A stretch of DNA of 64,000 nucleotides from a virus, in IMG/VR virus record IMGVR_UViG_3300046534_001250, positions 1-64,000 of that record. The stretch is one strand, 5' to 3'. Position numbers and translations under genes: made by a program. Under the pieces are notes generated by a model. It worked only from the letters and a program-made list of their open reading frames with translations. It was not told the origin of the DNA and did not search any database. Shown here in pieces: positions 26,266 to 35,381 of this stretch (positions are counted from its first letter, which is position 1; every line of letters starts with the position of its first letter).

Positions 26266-27221
26266 AGCGTTGCTCCCCAAGGACTAGACTTTGTAGCAAG
26301 TTTCTTTAAGCCAAGTAAGACTTTTCTGCCAGACACACCGGTAGTATGAGCGCATAAGCCAGCATAAGTGTGTTGCCCACGACTACTAGCTGGAGGGATA
26401 TTTGTAGTCAAAAGACCAGAAGTGATAGTTGCATCTTCTACACCAGCTTCTCTAATCGCCCAGTGAATCCTTACGCCACCATCAACAAGAAATCCAAGTT
26501 CATAATTTTTGCCCTTTACAAACGCAACACCTGTATCAACAACAGTTGAGGTAGCGCTTCCATCATTATGAATTACCTCCCAGGTTGTGCCCTGGCTTCC
26601 ATCAGAAGACAATCTAATAGAAACATGAGGCTCGCTTGTACTTGACTTTGGATCAGCAAGCTGAAGACCTTCAAAGCCACTGCTCGTTAAGGCGTTGACT
26701 TTCCATCTCAAAACCAAACCAAGCCTGCACCAGGTCAAGACTGCATCTGACTCTGTACCTACTATCCAAGAGACCCCATGCGCTCCGTCAGCAGCAAAGC
26801 CGTTGTAGGTCTCTCTAGTAGTAGCAATCCCATCAACAGCCGCGCTACATGCAAGGTCTAACATTGTGCCAACACCGACTACTTGAAGATAGTCTGTTGA
26901 GCTAGAAACGTTGCTATGATTAGGGTTTGAAGTGTTTGAGAAAGCAGTACTTCTGTTTAAGACAAATGCTGCTCCGTACGAGTACTGGTTTATTATGCTG
27001 AAGACATCATTGCTTACGCCGCCGCCACCACCGCCAACAGGTTCATAAAGAGCATCAGCTTCAGCTTCAGTTAGTAGATTGGCAGCAGTAATCTGAGTAT
27101 CTGCAATACCAGGAGCCAAGGCATTAACTCGTGCATCAACTTCTGTTTCATCTGCACTGATAGCTTGGACCCCGGCTTCAGTCATGCCGCTAGTTGCTAC
27201 AGTTTTAGATAAACCAGCCAT
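26262..27221 (-). CDS. Putative virion protein with C-terminal beta-sandwich resembling the tail-fibre tip at 51052
   Basis: Poly-Gly linker; IR....W.V....G..TV.DTGV motif. Confidence 0.6.
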   Translation of the reverse strand: MAGLSKTVATSGMTEAGVQAISADETEVDARVNALAPGIADTQITAANLLTEAEADALYEPVGGGGGGVSNDVFSIINQYSYGAAFVLNRSTAFSNTSNPNHSNVSSSTDYLQVVGVGTMLDLACSAAVDGIATTRETYNGFAADGAHGVSWIVGTESDAVLTWCRLGLVLRWKVNALTSSGFEGLQLADPKSSTSEPHVSIRLSSDGSQGTTWEVIHNDGSATSTVVDTGVAFVKGKNYELGFLVDGGVRIHWAIREAGVEDATITSGLLTTNIPPASSRGQHTYAGLCAHTTGVSGRKVLLGLKKLATKSSPWGATL

Positions 27222-27604
27222 TACCACACCACCAGCTGAATAACAGCTGGAGTAGCCAGCGTCATAGCAGTAATCTCAATAGAAGAAACACTGACTCCAT
27301 CTACAAGTTCGATTAGAGCGCCTATGTCAGTGAACGTAGCGAACGCAGGGTCTCCGCTCCAGATGTCAGTACTATCAACATGGTTTGTAGACCGACCGAA
27401 ATCAGTTTGGATGTGCCTGGAAATAAGGTTATTAACCTTGTAACTAACACTATCAGTAGCAGATGTAGTTATCATTTTTAGCCCACGAGCAGGCCTGCCT
27501 AACACATCATCGATATTAATACGATCGCCGACAGCAACGTCAGTGATCACAACCGTACGTTGTGCACTAGGTACAGAACGCGGGACTTTGTTTACAGTAG
27601 CCAT
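27221..27604 (-). CDS. Hypothetical beta-rich protein, possibly structural
   Basis: GGAG RBS before MATVNK; TAATG coupling. Confidence 0.65.
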   Translation of the reverse strand: MATVNKVPRSVPSAQRTVVITDVAVGDRINIDDVLGRPARGLKMITTSATDSVSYKVNNLISRHIQTDFGRSTNHVDSTDIWSGDPAFATFTDIGALIELVDGVSVSSIEITAMTLATPAVIQLVVW

Positions 27605-27653
27605 TGTTATCTCCAGGTAGATGATGCCGGAGAGCACCATTCAATTACTTAAG

Positions 27654-27662
27654 AGTATAGCA
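27654..27662 (-). promoter_or_regulatory. Possible extended -10 promoter (TGCTATACT) for the - strand cassette
   Basis: TGn+TATACT 50 nt upstream of ATG27604. Confidence 0.35.
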
Positions 27663-27705
27663 TTTTCTTGATTCAAAATCAGTTCCATTTACTAAAAGGA
27701 TAAAA

Positions 27706-28881
27706 ATGACAAACTTAACTAGCTGGTACATACCAGAAAGATTAAAAACTGTGGACCCAGACTTTCTTTCATTTGAAGAGGACCTATCCACTCAAGAAGA
27801 TAGACTAACAATATGGAACCTAGCAGAATCTAGAGCACTAGGAACTCTGCCTAATCCGCACAATAGTATCCTGCTCTACGTTACTGGCCTGACAGACGAC
27901 TTTGATCCCATCAAAGCACGAGTAGATACCACTGGGGGAAGTCCGCCAGATATTGATATTGACTTTGAATCACTCAATCGAGACAAAGCAATTGCATGGG
28001 TAATTAACAAGTGGGGGCAAGATAACGTCGCCAACATCATAACCCATGGTACATTCAAGCCAAAGAGTTTAACGCGGAGATACTTCAAAATAACTGAAGA
28101 AGAACCTCGATTAATGCAAGACATTTTGGAAGCTGTACCTAAACCTCTCTTCGGAAAAGAGGCTACTTTAGCTGAAATCATTCAGGGCAACGAGGACAAA
28201 AACTATGAACCTCACCCTCGACTAGCAACAGACGGAAAGTATAAAGGCTGGTACAAGTTCGCTAGCCAGTTAGAAGGAATGATTACTAACTTTGGAATCC
28301 ATGCAGGCGGAGTAGTCATTAGTGACTTCCCTATCTACGAACAGGTTCCAATGTGGAAGAACTCTAAGAGTGAGCGCATTACCCAGTTCGATATGCACGA
28401 GGTAGAAGACCTCGGGCTAATTAAGTTTGACTTCTTAGGTGTTAATAATATTGACATCATCAAGGAAGCTTGTAGGCTTGTAGGCGAAAACCACGGAATA
28501 ACGTTAGATCCGTACCAGATACCAGACCATGACAAGCGAGCATACGCGCTCCTTAACAGTGGGTTGCTTTGCGGAATCTTTCAGATGGAAACTAGTGGCT
28601 CGGCCAGAGATCTCATCATGCAAATCCTCCCAACAAGTATCGAAGACCTTAGTGACATCAGCGCGTTAAACAGACCTGGTCCACTTGAGAATCATTTCCA
28701 TACGCTCTACATGGAAAACAAAGCCAATGGGTACGCGCCAGAAGGCATCAACGAAATCGTTGCAGACATTACCAAGAGTACCCACTATACGATCATCTAC
28801 CAAGAACAGGTGATGGCAATCGTATCGCGACTCGCAGGCTTTACCTTGAGGGAGGCAGATGATGTCCGCAGAGCAATGGGT
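27706..28881 (+). CDS. dnaE: DnaE catalytic piece, exon 1 (palm/thumb)
   Basis: PPDIDIDF; GIHAGGVVIS; TQFDM.EVE.LGLIKFDFLG; GIFQME; ALNRPGP; IIYQEQVM; ADDVRRAMG. Confidence 0.93.
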
Positions 28882-29265
28882 TAACAACAAAATTCTTTAT
28901 ACGCTATACTCCAACCGAGAGGCAAGTATGCACGCTAAAAGAAAAGCCCGGTATCTGGGTGACCAGATGCAAAAACCACCCCGTGAATTGCTGGGAAGTC
29001 CTGAAGAGGATGATCAGCAGCCAAGCCCTGAGAGCAATCTCTCGGAAGGTTCAACGACTAGTTCAAACGTTCTCACCGAGAATATGAAGGACCACGAGCG
29101 CGGGGCATCAATACCATTCAAAGAAATTATCTCTGCACATCTAATGACAGCAGAGACCAAACTTAAATTTGAATACATATTTGATGATGATATAGTCTGA
29201 GCTACGTATATAACAAAGCAAAACGTAGAAGCGCAGGATAAAGAGCCTGCGCGATAACATAACTG
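28882..29265 (+). mobile_element. Group I intron (IA-like), no recognisable homing endonuclease
   Basis: 5' exon ends U (GGT), intron ends G; splicing gives RRAMG-KKKM; P3 CCCCGT/GCGGGG, P4 TTGCTG/CAGCAG, P7 GACTA/TAGTC, P9 hairpins. Confidence 0.92.
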
Positions 29266-30612
29266 AAAAAAAAGATGTCCGTACTTGAGGCAGTTAAGCC
29301 CAAGTTCATTACAGGATGCCTAGCAAGCGGTACGACCTCAGGAGCCGCTGAAGCTCTTTGGAAGCAGTTGATTCTATTCAGTCACTACGGCTTCAACAAG
29401 TCACACAGCGTCGCTTACAGTGTCATTACGTACGTGTGTGCATACCTAAAAGCCAACTATCCAGCAGAATTCTTCTGTGCCCTCATGACTATCCGTAGTC
29501 AGACGATGGCTACTAAGGATTGGTGCCTTAAGGCGCCAGAGTATGTGCAAGAGGCAGAGAACATGGGGATCCGTATCCACGGACCCAACGTTCAGCAAAG
29601 TAACATCGGCTTCAGTATCGTAGAGAAGGAGATTTACTTTGGACTTAATGCCATCAGAAATGTAGGTATTACAGGTGCCAGAAGTGTAATGCAGGCACGA
29701 GGAAACCGTCGATTTAAAGACGTCAATGACTTCGTCTTCAGGATTGACCGCCAGAAAGCAAACACGAAAGTGTTCGCAGCCCTAATATACGCTGGAGCCT
29801 TTGACAGAATGGGGTACGACAGAAATGAATTGCTAACCAGCGCAAGAGCCCTCTATGATTATCCAAAAGATTATCAAGACTCTGTAACTAGAGACGCAGA
29901 CATTGTTGTCAGAGACAGGCAAAACATAGTGGTTGAAACGCGAAGAGAAGAGATAAGACTTCTTGTTAAGGAAGCTAAGGCTCTCAACCGAAAAGCCTTA
30001 AAGGCTAATCTGCCTGTGTCAGAAGAGACTGAATACTGGGTGGAATACACTCAGTATATTAAGGACTTGAAGGCAAAAGCGGCAGACATTAAACAGGCAG
30101 AGGAGGAGTTGGAAAATCATTTTGACCAAAGAGAATTAAAAGACTACCTAGAAGCAGCATCGCTAAGAAAGCTGCCAGCACTTAAACCTAAGCCTAAGCC
30201 AGAAGTAGTTATTGTTTCTAGGAGCACTACGATTAGTTTGTCAGTAGACCAGCTAATTATGCAAGCCGATTACATTGGTTGCTACTTGGGTGACAATCCA
30301 GCGGCAATCATTTTCCCAGAAGCTGAGGCAATCGCCGCAGTAGAAGACTGCGACTACACTATTATTTGTGGAGTCGTAACCAAAGTGAAAGAAATCATGA
30401 CAAAAGCAGGAGACCCAATGGCCTTCTTGCAGATTGGAGACGGAACTGCCATGGCAGAGATCGTCGTATTCCCTAAGCAATTTAAACGCTTTCACGAGAA
30501 CAAAACGTTCCCTGCCGAAAAAGATCTAGCTCAGTTTGCTGGACGTATAAAAGGCATGGAACCGATCACGATGCTAGCGGATCAAGTCGAAATTTACAGG
30601 AGACCTGAATGA
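29266..30612 (+). CDS. dnaE: DnaE catalytic piece, exon 2 (fingers, HhH, OB fold)
   Basis: FSHYGFNKSHSVAY..AYLKANYPAEFFCAL; IYFGLNAIRNVG; AGAFD; MAFLQIGDGT. Confidence 0.93.
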   Translation, partial: KKKMSVLEAVKPKFITGCLASGTTSGAAEALWKQLILFSHYGFNKSHSVAYSVITYVCAYLKANYPAEFFCALMTIRSQTMATKDWCLKAPEYVQEAENMGIRIHGPNVQQSNIGFSIVEKEIYFGLNAIRNVGITGARSVMQARGNRRFKDVNDFVFRIDRQKANTKVFAALIYAGAFDRMGYDRNELLTSARALYDYPKDYQDSVTRDADIVVRDRQNIVVETRREEIRLLVKEAKALNRKALKANLPVSEETEYWVEYTQYIKDLKAKAADIKQAEEELENHFDQRELKDYLEAASLRKLPALKPKPKPEVVIVSRSTTISLSVDQLIMQADYIGCYLGDNPAAIIFPEAEAIAAVEDCDYTIICGVVTKVKEIMTKAGDPMAFLQIGDGTAMAEIVVFPKQFKRFHENKTFPAEKDLAQFAGRIKGMEPITMLADQVEIYRRPE

Positions 30613-31718
30613 GTACAAACAAATGGCGCGCCGAAGAAGAGCGCCTTCTAAAGATGCTTCTACCTACTAATACCCACCGAGAAATCTCTGAACAAATCAA
30701 TCGAAGATTTGCTCAGAAGCTAACAGGGTTCCCTGGTGAACGTAGCGAAGAATCAATTCGAAAAAAGATCGCACGAGAAGGGTGGAAGAAAGAAGACTTT
30801 AAAAACTATCAGGAAGAAAACGAGGTAGCTACTACCTTTAGGAAAATCGCTGCTATCCAAGAAGAATACAAGGATCGTTCTATCAAGCTTACCCGAGGCG
30901 TTATGCCAGCGGACCAAGCTACGACTAAGATCTTGTCCCTAAGTGATATTCACTTTCCGTTTGCGCGAGAAGACTTACTAGAACGAGCAATCAATGACAA
31001 TTCAGATGCTGATATCGTTGTAATTAACGGAGATATGCTGGAGGGTTATATCTTTAGCTCTTTTAAGAAGTCGAAGAACATTGCAGCAATTCACGAATAC
31101 ATTACAGCGTTTGAATTCGTTGAAGTGTTATCCAAGCGCTTCAAGGACGTAGTAATTGTAGACGGCAATCATGACATACGGTCTGGCCGACTGATTGGAG
31201 AAGGCATCCCTAAGGGAGCCGAACAAGTTCTTCGTACCAATCTGGTACAGCGAATTGCCAATGGTGAACGGCTTGATGAAACTGGAGCTGTTGTCGAACT
31301 AGTGGACTTTAAGAATGTTCATTACGAGGCTCGTGAGAGCTGGTATGTTCGTATTGGTAAGACCTTGTTTATCCACCCTCATACACGAGGCAGTGGTAAG
31401 CCTGGCTTTACAGTCAACGCAGTTGGAGAAAAGCTACTCAAGCGCTATCCAGATGGCGACGTTGACAGTGTGGTTTGCGGCCACACCCATCAGGTCTACA
31501 AGGGCATCGTTAATGGTGTCCTTATGATGGAACAGGGTTGCCTGGCAGACTTACTTGCTTATGTATGGAAGCCCAACAGCCTAACCCGCAAAAACTATCA
31601 AAACGGCTATGCCGTTATATATCAAGACAAAGACGGTAACACAGACTTTAATCGAAGTGGAGTAATTTACTTTGGTGAAGTTATTCCCGCCAAGAAAGAA
31701 ATTTTCAGTAAGGACTAA
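30609..31718 (+). CDS. Calcineurin-like metallophosphoesterase with N-terminal helical domain
   Basis: SDIH, NGD, GNHD, GHTH motifs. Confidence 0.85.
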   Translation: MSTNKWRAEEERLLKMLLPTNTHREISEQINRRFAQKLTGFPGERSEESIRKKIAREGWKKEDFKNYQEENEVATTFRKIAAIQEEYKDRSIKLTRGVMPADQATTKILSLSDIHFPFAREDLLERAINDNSDADIVVINGDMLEGYIFSSFKKSKNIAAIHEYITAFEFVEVLSKRFKDVVIVDGNHDIRSGRLIGEGIPKGAEQVLRTNLVQRIANGERLDETGAVVELVDFKNVHYEARESWYVRIGKTLFIHPHTRGSGKPGFTVNAVGEKLLKRYPDGDVDSVVCGHTHQVYKGIVNGVLMMEQGCLADLLAYVWKPNSLTRKNYQNGYAVIYQDKDGNTDFNRSGVIYFGEVIPAKKEIFSKD

Positions 31719-31720
31719 AC

Positions 31721-32053
31721 ATGAGTAAACTAATTGACCCCAAGACAGGCCGGCCTATGGGCGGCAACACGGTACCCTTAGCAGCAATCGTAAAGCAGCT
31801 CTCCGTTCAGGACGACAAAATCGATGCGATGACTCAGCAAACTATCCACCTGGGTATTTTCATGCAGTTTATCGTGGAACAGCTAGCAGATATCAATATC
31901 GTTGTTGATACCTCAAATTTTGCAGCTTACGCTCAAGAAAAGTGGCAAGAGCTTCGAGAGGCCAATACAGCCCGAGTAGACGATGCTGTTACAGAAATGC
32001 AGGAAAACACACCAGATGCGGCGACCACGCTTGGAGTAGATCTCGATGGATAA
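31721..32053 (+). CDS. Hypothetical protein
   Basis: AAGGA RBS. Confidence 0.65.
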   Translation: MSKLIDPKTGRPMGGNTVPLAAIVKQLSVQDDKIDAMTQQTIHLGIFMQFIVEQLADINIVVDTSNFAAYAQEKWQELREANTARVDDAVTEMQENTPDAATTLGVDLDG

Positions 32054-33110
32054 CAACTGGTCATTCATTGATCACGTTACCGATTCTCTACTAATACCTC
32101 GCCCAGGCGATTCAAAGCACCCGACGCTGTGGCCTTCGGAAGCCACAGCGACTGTAACCGAAAACGGAAGAACTAAGGTGCTAGGCAAATGCCGACGCCA
32201 ACGTTTCTTTCGCTTCATGCTTAACTGCTACAAGTTCTATCCCAGGTACGCTCATTGGAAGCCACTTGCAGACGAACTAGTTCGTGAACGAATTCCGCCA
32301 GATCGCTACATGCTGTGGATTTGGAGACAAGGAGAGCTCTATGAGGACTTCCTCGTAGAGCAATCTAAAATCTCTGGAGTCTTTGCCTGCGGTCAAGTAC
32401 CACTCTACATCAAAGATCATAACATCTCTGGCAAAGAGGATATCGAAACTATCAATCCAGTCACTCATAAGTTTTCCATCGTAGAAGCTAAGAGTGTTTA
32501 TGGATTTGGTGGCAACGTAGTACTTGGTACACCTGCAGCTAGACGCAAAGGATTCATGGGGGTTCCCCGAGAAGGGAACCTTATGCAAATTGGTATCTAT
32601 CACTGGTGGAAGGCTTCGGCAGATTCGTCTTACGAGGAAAGCAGACTAGTATACGGAAGTAGAGATACTGGCCGTTACGCTGAATACCTTGTTAAAACTG
32701 AACCAGAAGTAACTGAAGATGGTGAAACTCGTACTTACATCTGGCACAAGGGCAATGCTCCTGTTCAGACTCCATGGGTTAAGAGCGCAATCTATATCGA
32801 AAATATCTTCGAGCAGTATGCTGGTACACAACTAGCAGTCGACGGAGGGTTTATTCCTCCCCGAGACTTCAAGTTGTTATTCGATGAAAAGGACCTGGCT
32901 CACCTATCAGATGAAGGAGGTCTTAGTAAGACTGACCAGATTCAGTATGACAAGGTCATTGCTCGTCGAGAAGAGAACGTCGAGCTAGTAGCAGCCGGTA
33001 AGAAAGAGAAGAAAGAACTTAAGCAGGTTGAGAAAGGTGATTGGCAGTGTAGATTCTGCAATTACAAGACCGTCTGCTTTGATAAGGACTCGGTACCACG
33101 AGAGGTATAA
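32046..33110 (+). CDS. Cas4-like PD-(D/E)XK exonuclease
   Basis: CRRQ; ISGKEDI..IVEAKS; Q...Y; C-terminal CRFCNYKTVC. Confidence 0.82.
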   Translation: MDNNWSFIDHVTDSLLIPRPGDSKHPTLWPSEATATVTENGRTKVLGKCRRQRFFRFMLNCYKFYPRYAHWKPLADELVRERIPPDRYMLWIWRQGELYEDFLVEQSKISGVFACGQVPLYIKDHNISGKEDIETINPVTHKFSIVEAKSVYGFGGNVVLGTPAARRKGFMGVPREGNLMQIGIYHWWKASADSSYEESRLVYGSRDTGRYAEYLVKTEPEVTEDGETRTYIWHKGNAPVQTPWVKSAIYIENIFEQYAGTQLAVDGGFIPPRDFKLLFDEKDLAHLSDEGGLSKTDQIQYDKVIARREENVELVAAGKKEKKELKQVEKGDWQCRFCNYKTVCFDKDSVPREV

Positions 33111-33325
33111 TGGAAACCTATTTCTGGGTTAAAGTATTTGATGGGGCTCGGGGCTATAGCTTCGGGCCCTATCCCGTTTTTAGTGTAGCTGCGGAAATTC
33201 TCGTAGAAGCGCCAATGATTATTGCACAACTAGGAGGTGGCGACAGCACTGTTTGCTCACTGACAGAAGAAGTTATTATTAACGGCTCCTGGACGGTAAT
33301 AAACGTAAAAGTAGAGACACGATGA
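33110..33325 (+). CDS. Small hypothetical protein
   Basis: GAGG RBS, TAATG. Confidence 0.55.
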   Translation: METYFWVKVFDGARGYSFGPYPVFSVAAEILVEAPMIIAQLGGGDSTVCSLTEEVIINGSWTVINVKVETR

Positions 33326-34245
33326 GTATCTATGTAGACGTTGCTGTAGAAGCAGTAACCGTAAGCGAAGTAGTTATTGAGCCCAGAAAGGGCTCTGTGC
33401 CCGCAGAAGAAGTGCTTACGGGCTTCCCTATCCACTCTACGCCTGATGGCCTAGTCACGGGTTACGACGTGTGTGAAGCCTTACTAAAGGTAGGCGGAAG
33501 TCCAATACTTTCCCCAGATATTCCAAAGGATGAGTGGGAGGCCGCAATAGCAGAGTTCGCTGGCAATCCAAAATTCTGGATTGCAGCACGTAATGATAGA
33601 GATCTAATCGAAGAGATTAAAAACATTACTGGTGATAGCAGTCTGAATATCGCAACAGATGCAACCAATGGGTGGAGTAACGATTCTATCTTGATGACTC
33701 ATTTCTTAGCCAAGCAGCCAACAGTCATAGGTATCATGAGTGGACCAGTCGCTACTATCTTGGCCGCACTGGATATGCAGACGTCTGGCTGTACACATAT
33801 CAGAGTAGGCATTAACAGCAATGGAGTAGGTTTTCCGCACCTCACGGCGGTAGCACAGATAGCCCAAAGGCTCACAACCTCAAAAGTAGTTGCTGATTGT
33901 CAGATCCAAACGCCTGCAGAAGCAGTCAAATACCTGGCAGCTGGCGCTAACTCTATTATGCTAGACATACCGTTTGCATACGTTAGAGAGAGCAGGGGCT
34001 GGGTACAGGATGGATGGATAGAAACTATCCCGCAGGCAAGCGTCGTACGCTTCCCACTTCCAGACCCTACTCCCAAGCTAGTTAGAGACGGTATCCAATG
34101 GGATGGAGCCACTACCGCAAGCGTGGTAGCTAGCTATCGAACCGGCGCCTGTAAAGCCCTGGCTTTGCTAGGCTGTAGAACTGATGAGTTTATAACTAAC
34201 CAATCAAAATTTATAAGAACAAAACAAGGAGAAACATATGGCTAA
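33322..34245 (+). CDS. IMPDH/GMPR-like TIM barrel lacking the catalytic Cys loop
   Basis: IATDATNGWS; GPVAT; IRVGI-NSN-GVGFPHLTAV; VVADCQI..PAEAVKYLAAGANSIML. Confidence 0.72.
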   Translation: MSIYVDVAVEAVTVSEVVIEPRKGSVPAEEVLTGFPIHSTPDGLVTGYDVCEALLKVGGSPILSPDIPKDEWEAAIAEFAGNPKFWIAARNDRDLIEEIKNITGDSSLNIATDATNGWSNDSILMTHFLAKQPTVIGIMSGPVATILAALDMQTSGCTHIRVGINSNGVGFPHLTAVAQIAQRLTTSKVVADCQIQTPAEAVKYLAAGANSIMLDIPFAYVRESRGWVQDGWIETIPQASVVRFPLPDPTPKLVRDGIQWDGATTASVVASYRTGACKALALLGCRTDEFITNQSKFIRTKQGETYG

Positions 34246-34633
34246 GAAATATCAAATGGCTATCGTATCATACCCCAAAGAAACCGTAGTTAATTACTAC
34301 GATTCAAATCTAGCAACGAGTGCTATTGACCAGCTGACTATTAAACACAGGTGGTCCAACAAAATATCGGTTCCAACAGTAGTAGTAGATATACCAGATA
34401 CTTTTACTGCCTTCTTGGAGTACAAGAGCTTTAGGTACTACCGAGATAGTACTTCTGTAAATTGGATCATTCGAGGGTGTAGCGTAATTGCCTTAGAAGG
34501 GGTTGAAGTTAAGAGCAAACTCGATATCATTGGCGACGCCCTACGAGATGGAAAAGTTGATAAGAACACAGTACTAAAGCAAGACTACAACTTCTCTCGT
34601 AACGGAGGAAGAGTTAATGTCCGAACAGCCTAG
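34238..34633 (+). CDS. Hypothetical protein
   Basis: AAGGAG RBS. Confidence 0.65.
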   Translation: MAKKYQMAIVSYPKETVVNYYDSNLATSAIDQLTIKHRWSNKISVPTVVVDIPDTFTAFLEYKSFRYYRDSTSVNWIIRGCSVIALEGVEVKSKLDIIGDALRDGKVDKNTVLKQDYNFSRNGGRVNVRTA

Positions 34634-35381
34634 CATCGTAGTCTTTGGAGATCCAATCCTAGACGTCTTTTATCTAGGTACTATGGACGGCTTGCGATTC
34701 ACTCCAAAGAAGACAACCAACAGGAATGGAGGTGCTGTGAACACTCTGCTCAATGTTGTTGCAGTCTTACCAGAAGGATACCCGGTGATAGACAAGGTAG
34801 AGGGACTTGGTTCCGCCCGCCTGATTCGTCACTGTGACCTTAACGGGGTGGTGCTACATGAATTCTGGGCAGACAAGCCTTCTTCCCAGTTTGCGTGGGC
34901 CCTCAACAACACTGATGTTGCTATCTTTAGTGACTATGGACACGGAAGCTTAACTGCTCGCCCAGGTAGTATGGTCGCTAAGCACAAGCTGGCAGTGGTT
35001 GATAGCAAGCGCAGGACCTTCGACACGTCTTATCTAGAAAAGACCGAGACTAAAATCTGGAGATGCACTGGTGACGAGTACGATGAAACGTGGGCTAAAA
35101 ACTTTGATTGGATAGTCATTACCGATGGTGCATCAAATATCTATATTCGGCAAGGAATTCGGCCAGGAGTTGGTGGATGCTTGATCGTACCTACGATTGA
35201 CGTAGTGGATGCATGTGGTGCTGGCGATACATTCACTGCCGCTCTAGGATCTTACTTGCTCATGCACTCACTCAGCCCAAACTTAGATGAACTAATGCTA
35301 GCTTGTGAGTTTGCTCGTAAGGCTTCGCAAGATGTCTGTATGCAGAAGTTCACAGCAGTAACAAATATAACCTTGAGGTAG
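34617..35381 (+). CDS. PfkB-family sugar kinase (HldE/RfaE domain I-like)
   Basis: VFGDPILD; GGAVN; FSDYGHG; VVDSK; VVDACGAGDTF. Confidence 0.85.
   Translation: MSEQPSIVVFGDPILDVFYLGTMDGLRFTPKKTTNRNGGAVNTLLNVVAVLPEGYPVIDKVEGLGSARLIRHCDLNGVVLHEFWADKPSSQFAWALNNTDVAIFSDYGHGSLTARPGSMVAKHKLAVVDSKRRTFDTSYLEKTETKIWRCTGDEYDETWAKNFDWIVITDGASNIYIRQGIRPGVGGCLIVPTIDVVDACGAGDTFTAALGSYLLMHSLSPNLDELMLACEFARKASQDVCMQKFTAVTNITLR

Noticed and set aside
28859-29200. 113-aa ORF between dnaE segments
   Set aside because: Runs through the group I intron core and has no nuclease motifs; treated as incidental
32046-33110. CRISPR-Cas locus suggested by the Cas4-like gene
   Set aside because: No cas1/cas2 and no repeat-spacer array seen; solo Cas4-like nucleases are common in phages
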